This document shows, in pieces, positions 23,843 to 31,147 of a stretch of 31,147 bases of DNA (positions are counted from its first letter, which is position 1; every line of letters begins with the position of its first letter). Under the pieces are notes generated by a model. That model was given only the letters and a program-made list of their open reading frames with translations. It had not been told where the DNA came from and searched no databases. Made by a program: the position numbers and the translations under genes. Origin of the DNA: a virus (Duplodnaviria > Caudoviricetes); the IMG/VR virus record IMGVR_UViG_3300011420_000024, positions 1 to 31,147 of that record, one strand, 5' to 3'.

Positions 23843-25678
23843 ATGCCAAGGACGCAACGCAATGCAAGCCTACCACTTAATCCACAGATGCTGCGCGAGC
23901 CCAATTGGCTCCTGCACCAGGACAAGCACCCGATCTGCGCGAACGGCAGACCCCGCAGCGGCACGCTCGATACCCCCAGGGACATCGCCCGGCTGGTGCC
24001 GTACACCGAGGCTGTAGCGGCCTTCGCCAACGGCAGCTACAGCGGCCTGGGCTTCGCCATCACCCCGGGCTTCCAGTTCATCGACCTGGACAAGGTTGTC
24101 GATGACGGTGTCGTGCAGCCCTGGGCCCAGGCGATCATCGACGCGGCCCGCAAGCTGGGGGCCTTTGTCGAGGAGAGCATCAGCGGCAACGGCATCCATG
24201 TCCTGGGCCACGGCGGCGCCGACTTCCCGACGTCCCGAGGCGCCCATGTCGAGACGTACGGCCACGGGCGCTTCATGGCCCTGGGGCGCCGGGTGATCTG
24301 CACCGGCAAGAAGAAACTGCCCGACCTGACGCCGCTGCTGGGCCTGCTGGCGGTGCAGCAGAAGCCCGTGCGGCCCAAGCCTGCCCTGCGGCTGGTGGGC
24401 AAGGCCCCGCCGCGCTGGCTGGTCGAGCGCTACAAGGTCAAGGAACTGCTGGCCGAGTTGAACCCCGACATGGACTACGAAGACTGGCGCAATGTCGGCA
24501 TGGCGATCCACGACGCTTCAGGCGGCGCCGAGGAGGGCCTCCAGATGTGGGACCAGTGGAGCAGCGAAGGCGAGAAGTACAAGCAGAACGAATGCGCGGC
24601 GAAGTGGGCCGGATTTAAGCCCGGGGGAGGCATCACGATGGGCACCCTGGTACACATGGCCCAGGCCGATGACAAGCCCATTTCGTCACCAGTAATTGTC
24701 TCGGGGCGGCGCAAGGAACTGTCCGACGACGAACTGGTCGAGACGGTCCATGTGCCGGTGCCCTGGCCCGTCGAGGGTCTGGTGCCCCCGGGCCTGACCC
24801 TGCTGGCCGCGCCGCCCAAGATGGGCAAGTCCTACTTCGTGCTCCAGATGGCCCTGTGCGTCGGGGCTGGTAAGCCCTTCCTGGGGCGCGAGACGTCGCC
24901 CATGCGGGTGAGCTACTTCGACCTGGAGGAATGGGAGGAATTGCTCCAGAAGCGGCGCAAGCGCATCGGGCTCGCGCACCACATCGGCAAGGCTAACGTC
25001 CACTACGTGATGGAACTGTCGGGCGGCGACGTCGAGGTGATGGACGACATCCAGCGCCACATCGACGGCGGCTCCAAGCTGATCATCATCGACCTGCTGG
25101 CCCGCGTGCGCGACGAACTGGGCGAAGACGCCAAGAAGAACGCCTACGCCCGCGACTACGCTGTACTCCGGGGCTTCGCCGACTTCGTCGTCCAGGGCAA
25201 CCCCGACGTCGCCATCGTCATGGTGCATCACACCAACAAGGGCCAGCACGACGACTGGCAGAACCGCATCAGCGGTTCGCAGGGGCTGGCCGGTGCCACG
25301 CACGCCAACATGCTGATGACCCATGTCGATCTGCGCGGCCTGGACGACGACGCCCGCAAGGAGGCCCTGAAGTACCGGCGCCTGCATGTGACCGGCAAGG
25401 CCGTCGAGCCCGACGAGATGATGCTCACGATGCTCGATGACGGTGGAGGCTGGGGCATCAGCGACAAGACCACCGACGAAGTCAAGATGCAGGGCAAGCA
25501 CGCCCACTGCCTCCAGGTGCTGCGCGAAGCCGACGGCGCCTGGGTGACCGCCAAGGAGGTGCATGCCCAGGTCGAGGGCACGCTCGACAGTGTCAAGAAG
25601 ATGCTGATGCGTATGGCGAAGAAGGGCGAGATTGAGTCCAGCGGCAGCGGCGGCGCCGGGTACCGGGTGTTCAAGTGA
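23843..25678 (+). CDS. Primase-helicase (prim-pol N-terminus, PriCT-2, AAA_25/RepA-like helicase, C-terminal wHTH)
   Basis: FIDLD...EESISGNGIH; DYEDWRNVGMAIH...WDQWS; Walker A APPKMGKS; IIIDLL; MVHHTNK. Confidence 0.9.
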   Translation: MPRTQRNASLPLNPQMLREPNWLLHQDKHPICANGRPRSGTLDTPRDIARLVPYTEAVAAFANGSYSGLGFAITPGFQFIDLDKVVDDGVVQPWAQAIIDAARKLGAFVEESISGNGIHVLGHGGADFPTSRGAHVETYGHGRFMALGRRVICTGKKKLPDLTPLLGLLAVQQKPVRPKPALRLVGKAPPRWLVERYKVKELLAELNPDMDYEDWRNVGMAIHDASGGAEEGLQMWDQWSSEGEKYKQNECAAKWAGFKPGGGITMGTLVHMAQADDKPISSPVIVSGRRKELSDDELVETVHVPVPWPVEGLVPPGLTLLAAPPKMGKSYFVLQMALCVGAGKPFLGRETSPMRVSYFDLEEWEELLQKRRKRIGLAHHIGKANVHYVMELSGGDVEVMDDIQRHIDGGSKLIIIDLLARVRDELGEDAKKNAYARDYAVLRGFADFVVQGNPDVAIVMVHHTNKGQHDDWQNRISGSQGLAGATHANMLMTHVDLRGLDDDARKEALKYRRLHVTGKAVEPDEMMLTMLDDGGGWGISDKTTDEVKMQGKHAHCLQVLREADGAWVTAKEVHAQVEGTLDSVKKMLMRMAKKGEIESSGSGGAGYRVFK

Positions 25679-25959
25679 GGGAGGCGAGCATCGAGGGATC
25701 ATGCCGGGCCTACGCCCTGGCGCGGGGCGTGCCCAGCATCAAGCTGCAATCGGGCGTGGCGGGCGACCCTGACCGGGGCTTCCTGCTGCCCGAGAGGCGC
25801 ATCTGGCTGGTCGAATTCAAGACGCCCACCGGGCGCCTGTCACCCCGGCAGGTGGTACGCCACGCTGAACTGGCGCGAGTCGGGCATGTGGTGAGCGTGA
25901 TACGCAGCACGAGAGTATTCAAGGAGGCGCTTGACTTGATGCTCGGGGCTACAGCATAA
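25675..25959 (+). CDS. VRR-NUC domain nuclease
   Basis: EASIE...GDPDR...VEFKTPTGRLSPRQ. Confidence 0.9.
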   Translation: MREASIEGSCRAYALARGVPSIKLQSGVAGDPDRGFLLPERRIWLVEFKTPTGRLSPRQVVRHAELARVGHVVSVIRSTRVFKEALDLMLGATA

Positions 25960-25960
25960 T
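25931..25960 (+). promoter_or_regulatory. Sigma70-type promoter P5 with two operator-like sites
   Basis: TTGACT-N18-CATAAT; palindrome variants at 25937-25953 and 25969-25985. Confidence 0.6.
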
Positions 25961-25987
25961 GGAGTCTCTGTAACCCGGAGCTACAAC

Positions 25988-27385
25988 ATGCAATACAACC
26001 CCCACCCCTTCCAGATCAAGGCGATCCAACTGGCGTGCGACAAGGCTGGCAGCGCCCTGTTCCTCGACCCCGGCATGGGCAAGACGTCGATCACCCTGGC
26101 CGCGCACTGCGTGCTCCAGCATCACGGCCTGATCGAGGCCACCCTGGTGATCGCGCCGATCCGGCCCATGTACCTGACATGGCCCAACGAGGTGGCGAAG
26201 TGGGACCAGTTCAAGCACCTCCGCGTGAGCATCGTCCACGGCACGCCCAAGCAGCGCGAAGCTGCAATGCGTACGCCCGCCGACGTCTACCTGATCAACC
26301 CCGAGATGGTCGATTGGCTGGCGGGCTACGGCCTGGACAAATTCGCCGTCACGCCGACGCTGCTGGTGGTCGATGAGTCCACCCGCTTCAAGAACGGGCG
26401 CAGCACCCGCTTCAAGGCCCTCCAGACCATGCTGCCGTCGTTTACACGCCGCATCATCCTGACCGGCACCCCTGTGCCCCAGGGCATCGAAGACCTGTTC
26501 AGCCAGATTCAAATCCTGGACGACGGCAAGCGCCTGGGCCGCTTCATCACCCACTTCCGCAAGAACTTCATGGACCCCGAGGAGATTCGTGTCGGCGGTG
26601 GCCGCACCGTGACCAAGTGGCACGCCCGCCCCGGCGCGATGAAGATGGTGGCCGGGCAGATCGCCGACATCTCGCTGCGCCTCCAGGCCGAGGACTACCT
26701 GACCATGCCGCCGATCATCTACAACGTGATCCCGGTGGAAATCGGCAAGCCCGCCCGCAAGGTCTACGACGCCCTGGCCGACGATCTGGTGGCGAAGACC
26801 GCCGACGGCGCCACCCTGACGGCGGCGACAGCGGCAGCGGCCACGATGAAGCTGCGCCAGATCACCAACGGCTGGGCCTACGGCGAGGAAGGCAGCGTGC
26901 CGATCCACACCGCCAAGCTGTCGGCCCTGGCCGATCTGGTCGAGGAGCAGAGCGGCACGCCGCTGCTGGTGGCCGTGGCCTTCCTGCACGAGGTGGATGC
27001 GATCCGCGCCGCCCTGAAGGATGTCCTGCCCGAGGGCACCGTCGTGCCGTACCTGGGCGGTGGCGTCAGCCGCGAGGTGGCTGACCGTGTCGTGGCCGAC
27101 TGGAACGACGGCGAGCACCCGGTCCTGCTGGCCCACCCGACGTCGGTGGCCCACGGCCTGAACCTCCAGGCTGGCGGTCACGCCGTCTGCTGGTTTGGCC
27201 TGACCTGGAGCCTGGAGGAGCACATCCAGTTCAACGCCCGGGTCTACCGCCAGGGGCAAGACAAGACCGTCGTTGTCCACTACATTACAGCCCAGGGCAC
27301 CGTTGACGAGGACATCGCCAAGGCCCTGATCGGCAAGGGCGACGTCCAGGCCGCGATCCTCAACCGCCTGAAAGGTACGACATGA
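25988..27385 (+). CDS. SNF2-family helicase
   Basis: LDPGMGKT, VVDES, LTGTP, HGLNLQ, QFNARVYRQGQ. Confidence 0.95.
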   Translation: MQYNPHPFQIKAIQLACDKAGSALFLDPGMGKTSITLAAHCVLQHHGLIEATLVIAPIRPMYLTWPNEVAKWDQFKHLRVSIVHGTPKQREAAMRTPADVYLINPEMVDWLAGYGLDKFAVTPTLLVVDESTRFKNGRSTRFKALQTMLPSFTRRIILTGTPVPQGIEDLFSQIQILDDGKRLGRFITHFRKNFMDPEEIRVGGGRTVTKWHARPGAMKMVAGQIADISLRLQAEDYLTMPPIIYNVIPVEIGKPARKVYDALADDLVAKTADGATLTAATAAAATMKLRQITNGWAYGEEGSVPIHTAKLSALADLVEEQSGTPLLVAVAFLHEVDAIRAALKDVLPEGTVVPYLGGGVSREVADRVVADWNDGEHPVLLAHPTSVAHGLNLQAGGHAVCWFGLTWSLEEHIQFNARVYRQGQDKTVVVHYITAQGTVDEDIAKALIGKGDVQAAILNRLKGTT

Positions 27386-27729
27386 CCAAGACCAAGACCC
27401 CCGCCAAGCCCAAGCTGAAGGGCGGCACGGGCCCCGGCTCGCGCCAGCCCGTGCTCAAGCTGCCCTCGACGCTGCCCAGCGGCCAGCGCATGCGCGGCCA
27501 CCCGCTGCTGCACCTGATGACGATCCACATCGGCCTGGACCCGGAGAACCGCAACAAGTCGAGCATCGCCCGCGCCCTGGGCATCGCGCCCCAGTCTCTG
27601 TACAAGTGGGAGCGCGCCTGCCGCGCTGACCGCAACTTCCCCCTGCCGGTCCTGCGGGCCCAGCAGTTCGCCCAAGTGTTCAAAGTACCCCCGGCCATTT
27701 TTCGGCCTGACTTCCCCTGGAGCAATTGA
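27382..27729 (+). CDS. Cro/YdaS-like HTH transcriptional regulator
   Basis: NKSSIARALGIAPQSLYKWE...IFRPD. Confidence 0.75.
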   Translation: MTKTKTPAKPKLKGGTGPGSRQPVLKLPSTLPSGQRMRGHPLLHLMTIHIGLDPENRNKSSIARALGIAPQSLYKWERACRADRNFPLPVLRAQQFAQVFKVPPAIFRPDFPWSN

Positions 27730-27730
27730 G

Positions 27731-27949
27731 ATGAAGATCGAACTGAACGACCAAGAAGCAAACCTCGTGCTGCAAGCCCTGGGCGAGATGCCCGCCAGGG
27801 TCAGCTACATGCTGCTGCAAAACCTGGGCAACCAGATCGCCGCCGAGAACCGGCGCCGCCAGGAGCAGACGACCGAGGCGCCGAGGCCCCACATGCCGCC
27901 GTGGCCCGGCAACAGCGCGGGGGATGACCCGGCGCCCGGCCCGCAGTAA
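27731..27949 (+). CDS. Small conserved phage protein (72 aa)
   Basis: IELNDQEANLVLQALGEMP; GGAG SD. Confidence 0.7.
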   Translation: MKIELNDQEANLVLQALGEMPARVSYMLLQNLGNQIAAENRRRQEQTTEAPRPHMPPWPGNSAGDDPAPGPQ

Positions 27950-28016
27950 CATCGTGACGCAAAGGCCTTACCGGGGGCCTCCATCCCACCCCGGCACACA
28001 CACCTGGAGAGACGCA

Positions 28017-28850
28017 ATGAAGAAGACACTTTTGGCAGGGGCGCTTCTCGCCCTGGCCTTCGCAGCGCAGGCCGAGGTTTGCAGCCTGCTGGCGAAGGAC
28101 GGCACCTGCACCTTCGCCACCGACACAAGCGGCGGCACGACGATCTTCCAGAACCCGACGAACCTGTCGAACATCGGCTCTGGCTCGATCACGCCCTTCC
28201 TGGGCACGCAGGCCAACGGCATCGAATTCGGGGTCAGCACCGACACGCCGCTGGTGAACCTGCTGCCGCTGGACGGCAAGCGCGACAACATCAACACGTT
28301 CACGCGCACGTTCACGCGCAACGATCTGGCCTTCGTCAATGTCGCGGGGATCGACTACTACGCCTTCTTCCTCGACACGAACGAACCCAACGGCCCGAAC
28401 GACTTCCTGATCAGCATCGACACGATCCGTCTGTGGGACGCCAATTCGGTGGCGCAGCAACTGCTGACCCGCGACAACGTCACCTCGCTGGCCGACGTCG
28501 ATGGCCTGTTCCCGTCGCTGATCTACGCCCTGGGGCCGACGAACACCCTGGTCATGGACGGCACCCTGTTCGCCGGTAGCGGCCTGGGCTACGACCTGTC
28601 GATGCTGATCCCCGTGTCGCAGTTCGCTGGCGTGGACATGGACAGCCGCATCATCTTCGGCACGGGCTTCGGCGCCTTCTCGGGGGCCGACACGGGTGAC
28701 GGGTTTGAAGAATGGGCCTACCTGCGCGCAGTGCCCGCGATCCCGGAGCCTTCGACCTACGCCCTGATGCTGGCCGGTCTTGGCGCCGTGGGCTTCATGA
28801 GCAAGCGCCGCCGCCGCGCCGCCGATCCGATGCTGATGGCACCCGCCTGA
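28017..28850 (+). CDS. PEP-CTERM sorting-domain protein (277 aa, secreted)
   Basis: GGAG SD; signal peptide MKKTLLAGALLALAFAAQA; C-terminal IPEPSTYALMLAGLGAVGFMSKRRRR. Confidence 0.92.
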   Translation: MKKTLLAGALLALAFAAQAEVCSLLAKDGTCTFATDTSGGTTIFQNPTNLSNIGSGSITPFLGTQANGIEFGVSTDTPLVNLLPLDGKRDNINTFTRTFTRNDLAFVNVAGIDYYAFFLDTNEPNGPNDFLISIDTIRLWDANSVAQQLLTRDNVTSLADVDGLFPSLIYALGPTNTLVMDGTLFAGSGLGYDLSMLIPVSQFAGVDMDSRIIFGTGFGAFSGADTGDGFEEWAYLRAVPAIPEPSTYALMLAGLGAVGFMSKRRRRAADPMLMAPA

Positions 28851-28903
28851 GTTTGGGAACCCCTGGCGCCGGGACATCTCCTCCCTCACACCGGCACCAG
28901 CCC

Positions 28904-28929
28904 AAGGCCCCCGCAAGGGGGCCTTTTTT
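28904..28929 (+). terminator. Rho-independent terminator at the convergence of the two arms
   Basis: AAGGCCCCC-GCAA-GGGGGCCTT-TTTT. Confidence 0.85.
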
Positions 28930-28933
28930 ACGC

Positions 28934-29128
28934 CTACAGCTTGAGCACCGGCAGGGCCATCGTGCCGGTCAGCAGCCCCAGCAGCACGATGATGCAGATG
29001 ATGGCGAAGACCACCTGTGCAGCCATCTTGAAGGGTGGGGGCATGGGTATCTGCGAGATGACCCACCAGACCAAGCCGAAGATCAGGCCCAGGATGAGGA
29101 TCGTGATGAGCAGGCTGACGAGGGACAT
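28934..29128 (-). CDS. Two-TM small membrane protein (Thivi_2564-like; holin candidate)
   Basis: GGAGG SD; LLITILILGLIFGLVWWVISQIPMPPPFK pattern; last late gene. Confidence 0.7.
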   Translation of the reverse strand: MSLVSLLITILILGLIFGLVWWVISQIPMPPPFKMAAQVVFAIICIIVLLGLLTGTMALPVLKL

Positions 29129-29199
29129 TTAAGCCTCCGGTTTTGTCGGCCTGCACCCCAGGCCAGGGACCGCCCCAAGGCGAGTTTCGTTACGGGGAA

Positions 29200-29370
29200 T
29201 TACCCGCCGCGCAACAGCTTCAGCCGGGCCTTCTTCATCAGGGAGTCGAGCATCGAGTCCTTCGCGGGCTCGGCCTGCTTGGGCGGTGGCGGCGGTGGCG
29301 TCTCGCCCTTCTCGGCGGCGTCCATCTGCTCCTGGCGGCGGCGCCGCGCTTCTTCAAAGATCGTAGCCAT
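29200..29370 (-). CDS. Hypothetical protein (56 aa, MATIFEEARRRRQEQ)
   Basis: Not in ORF track; AAGGAG SD; TAA at 29200-29202. Confidence 0.65.
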   Translation of the reverse strand: MATIFEEARRRRQEQMDAAEKGETPPPPPPKQAEPAKDSMLDSLMKKARLKLLRGG

Positions 29371-29512
29371 GTTGCTTGCTCCTTTTGGGCTCGGTGGCGT
29401 CGATGTCCACGCTGGGGTAGCTGTTGATCTTGACGTCGCTGGTGGCCCGGCTGTTGTCGCCCAGGGCTACAGCGCAGCCAGCCAGGAACACCAGGATCAG
29501 AGCGTAGCGCAT
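29354..29512 (-). CDS. Small lipoprotein (52 aa)
   Basis: MRYALILVFLAGC lipobox; TGATG coupling with upstream stop. Confidence 0.65.
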   Translation of the reverse strand: MRYALILVFLAGCAVALGDNSRATSDVKINSYPSVDIDATEPKRSKQHGYDL

Positions 29513-29949
29513 CAGGGCTCCGACACGGCTTCCAGCATAAACTCGTTGCTGCTGACGATGTTCGCCATGCCCGCGTCGGTAGCAATCTCCAGCCGTGCGG
29601 TGGTGGTGCGAATGCCGATGCCGACCTGGGTGTAGCCGAACTGCCGGAAGGTGGTCAGCGCATAGATCGTGCCGAAGGTGAGGCCCACGTTGAGCGCGAG
29701 CCCGCCGCCGACGTTGACCAAGCGGCACCAGTAATTGTTGCCCGCGCCCACCGTCGTCGGCAGGTACCAGTTGGCGTCGGCAAGGGACGCATTACCGACC
29801 TTGCTGATGGTCCCGTCGGTGTTCAGGGTGAAGGACGCCGTCGCCGTCGCGGGCGCGATCTTGGAGTCCCGGATTACACCGATCAGGTCGTTGGGCGGGA
29901 CCGGCCCCGAGCCACCGCTAGCGAGCAGCATCTGGTGACAACTGGTCAT
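29512..29949 (-). CDS. Tail fibre-associated protein (145 aa, MTSCHQMLLASGG)
   Basis: ATGA overlap with tail fibre stop; beta-rich. Confidence 0.65.
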   Translation of the reverse strand: MTSCHQMLLASGGSGPVPPNDLIGVIRDSKIAPATATASFTLNTDGTISKVGNASLADANWYLPTTVGAGNNYWCRLVNVGGGLALNVGLTFGTIYALTTFRQFGYTQVGIGIRTTTARLEIATDAGMANIVSSNEFMLEAVSEP

Positions 29950-31145
29950 GTCAGCCCCGATCCCTGGATGATGGCCTCGGTGGGCGTGCGGTACCAGACG
30001 CTGACAAGGCCCTTGTTCGCCAGTGTGCGAGCGCCCGTGAGCGCGGTGCCGCCCAGGCGCAGCGTCAGCCCACCCGTGGGGGTCAACGTGATGGGCCCGC
30101 CAGCTTCGTTGTAGACGCTGACCAGCGCGTTCTGCGCCATCGAGGGGATGGTGAAGTTGCCGAACAGCACGCAGCATTGGCCGCGCTTGTACTCAACGAT
30201 TGCGCCCAGGTCTTTCCAGCCCACTTCGATACTGTTGTAGTAAAGGTAGCCCTCGTAGCCCGTCTCGACAGCACCAACCCCGCCGCCACCGGGGGTGAAG
30301 ATCGCGCCTCCACCTTCGTTGATGTGGAGGGCTGCAATGATGCCGCCCCCATAAACCGAAATGGTGCCGCGGTGCTGTGCAGCGAAGAAGGCGTAGCCCA
30401 ACTGCATGCGGTACAGGACATTGCCCGATGCTTCACCGACGCTGATCTGCTTGGCGTCGGCGGCGCTGCCGGGGGTCGTATTCGGGACCACGCCCAGCTT
30501 GCCGCCGTAGTCGCTGGCGGCGGTGCCGAAGGTGACGTTGGTCGTCTGCCACGCCCGCATGACCTGCGTCTCGACGTTGGCCGCGAGCACGCTCAACATG
30601 AAGCCTGCGTTGTTGTTGTCGCCGCCGTGGAGGACTCGCCATGTAGGCCCAAGGTTCACGGTGGCCCAACCCAACCTGATGCCGCCATGGGGCGTGAAGA
30701 CGCCGCCACCGGAGTCGTGGAAGGCGCTGAAGTAGGGGTTGCCGACGCCCGCGTCGCCCAGGCTGACGGTCAACAGGTTGGGGCTGACGGCGTTGAGGTT
30801 GTTGCCGACAGCGAGGCGCCCGGCGCTGTTGAGATACATGCGCGGGGTGGGCGCGAAGCTGCCACCCGCTGGCAGTGTGTCGTTGTTGTAGAAGACGATG
30901 TTGCCGCCATGCATCTGGATCATCGCGGACGTCGTCACGGTAGCGTCAAGCTGCCAGTTGCCGCCACCGATGGGCTTCGCGCCCGCGTTGAACTGCAAGC
31001 CCCCAGCCCCAGGCAGTTGCCCGATGTGGCCCTTGATCGCGCCGTCGCCGTCGATGCGAAGCGCCGCGTTGTTGCCGCCGAACTGGAACAGGTTGGTGAG
31101 CAGCAGCGGCAGGCCGAAGCCCGTATTGATCGCCAACTGGCCGGT
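29946..31145 (-). CDS. Tail fibre / receptor-binding protein, N-terminally truncated by window end
   Basis: Frame open to the edge; Gly/Asn-rich repeats such as PRMYLNSAGRLAVG; C-terminal LTLRLGGTALTGARTLA...IQGSGLT fibre-end pattern. Confidence 0.8.
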   Translation of the reverse strand, partial: TGQLAINTGFGLPLLLTNLFQFGGNNAALRIDGDGAIKGHIGQLPGAGGLQFNAGAKPIGGGNWQLDATVTTSAMIQMHGGNIVFYNNDTLPAGGSFAPTPRMYLNSAGRLAVGNNLNAVSPNLLTVSLGDAGVGNPYFSAFHDSGGGVFTPHGGIRLGWATVNLGPTWRVLHGGDNNNAGFMLSVLAANVETQVMRAWQTTNVTFGTAASDYGGKLGVVPNTTPGSAADAKQISVGEASGNVLYRMQLGYAFFAAQHRGTISVYGGGIIAALHINEGGGAIFTPGGGGVGAVETGYEGYLYYNSIEVGWKDLGAIVEYKRGQCCVLFGNFTIPSMAQNALVSVYNEAGGPITLTPTGGLTLRLGGTALTGARTLANKGLVSVWYRTPTEAIIQGSGLT

Positions 31146-31147
31146 CA

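Larger units (their letters stand above)
478..26448. repeat. Dispersed 10-bp motif CGTTTACACG (12 exact copies)
   Basis: Exact copies start at 478(-), 3397, 4427, 7715, 10596, 11626, 13960, 17790(-), 18874, 19921, 22251(-), 26439; 1-mismatch copies at 6215, 18258, 23822. Confidence 0.9.
5715..29201. repeat. Dispersed 17-bp motif TTTCGTTACGGRGAATT
   Basis: Consensus copies at 12346(-), 14304, 18010, 19780, 29185; variants at 5715, 10234, 21659, 24681. Confidence 0.9.
1..31147. mobile_element. Tailed dsDNA bacteriophage (podovirus-like gene set), partial genome or prophage
   Basis: Terminase, portal, scaffold, capsid, tail fibre and a DUF2800/PolA/primase-helicase/VRR-NUC/SNF2 replication module fill the window; no host housekeeping genes; no tape measure or sheath gene seen. 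Confidence 0.95.

Noticed and set aside
27950-28016. Sigma54 promoter upstream of the PEP-CTERM gene (CGGCAC...)
   Set aside because: The GG is not followed by GC at the required -12 spacing.
478-29201. Dispersed repeats as a degenerate CRISPR array or REP elements
   Set aside because: Copies are 10-17 bp, irregularly spaced by hundreds to thousands of bases, and often inside coding sequence.
29946-31147. Diversity-generating retroelement acting on the tail fibre, as in BPP-1-like phages
   Set aside because: No reverse transcriptase and no template/variable repeat pair seen in this window; the rest of the genome is not visible.

Overview
About 31 kb of a high-GC (roughly two-thirds G+C by eye) dsDNA tailed phage with podovirus-like architecture. 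The host is most plausibly a betaproteobacterium (inferred from GC content and a PEP-CTERM gene). Two arms diverge at about 13.25 kb. The leftward (- strand) arm holds terS, four translationally coupled micro-ORFs, terL, portal, small genes, a 531-aa protein with a glycosylase-like motif series, scaffold, major capsid and decoration/Ig-like virion proteins. The rightward (+ strand) arm holds about 20 small early genes (including DUF6011, HicA-like and SprT-like), then a Cas4-like DUF2800 nuclease, a putative SSB, a family A DNA polymerase, a primase-helicase, VRR-NUC, an SNF2 helicase, an HTH regulator and a PEP-CTERM protein. It converges on the end of the late operon (tail fibre, lipoprotein, 2-TM protein). 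Both window edges cut late genes on the - strand, consistent with a permuted genome whose tail block lies outside the window. I saw no integrase, endolysin, tRNA or CRISPR array. Highlights: (1) an unannotated 52-aa ORF between terS and terL that copies the N-terminus of the major capsid protein; (2) a phage-encoded PEP-CTERM exosortase substrate; (3) three distinct dispersed DNA motifs: CGTTTACACG (12 exact copies), TTTCGTTACGGRGAATT, and a TGTAGCCC-N-GGGCTACA palindrome overlapping sigma70-type promoters. Family assignments come from motif recognition, not database searches.
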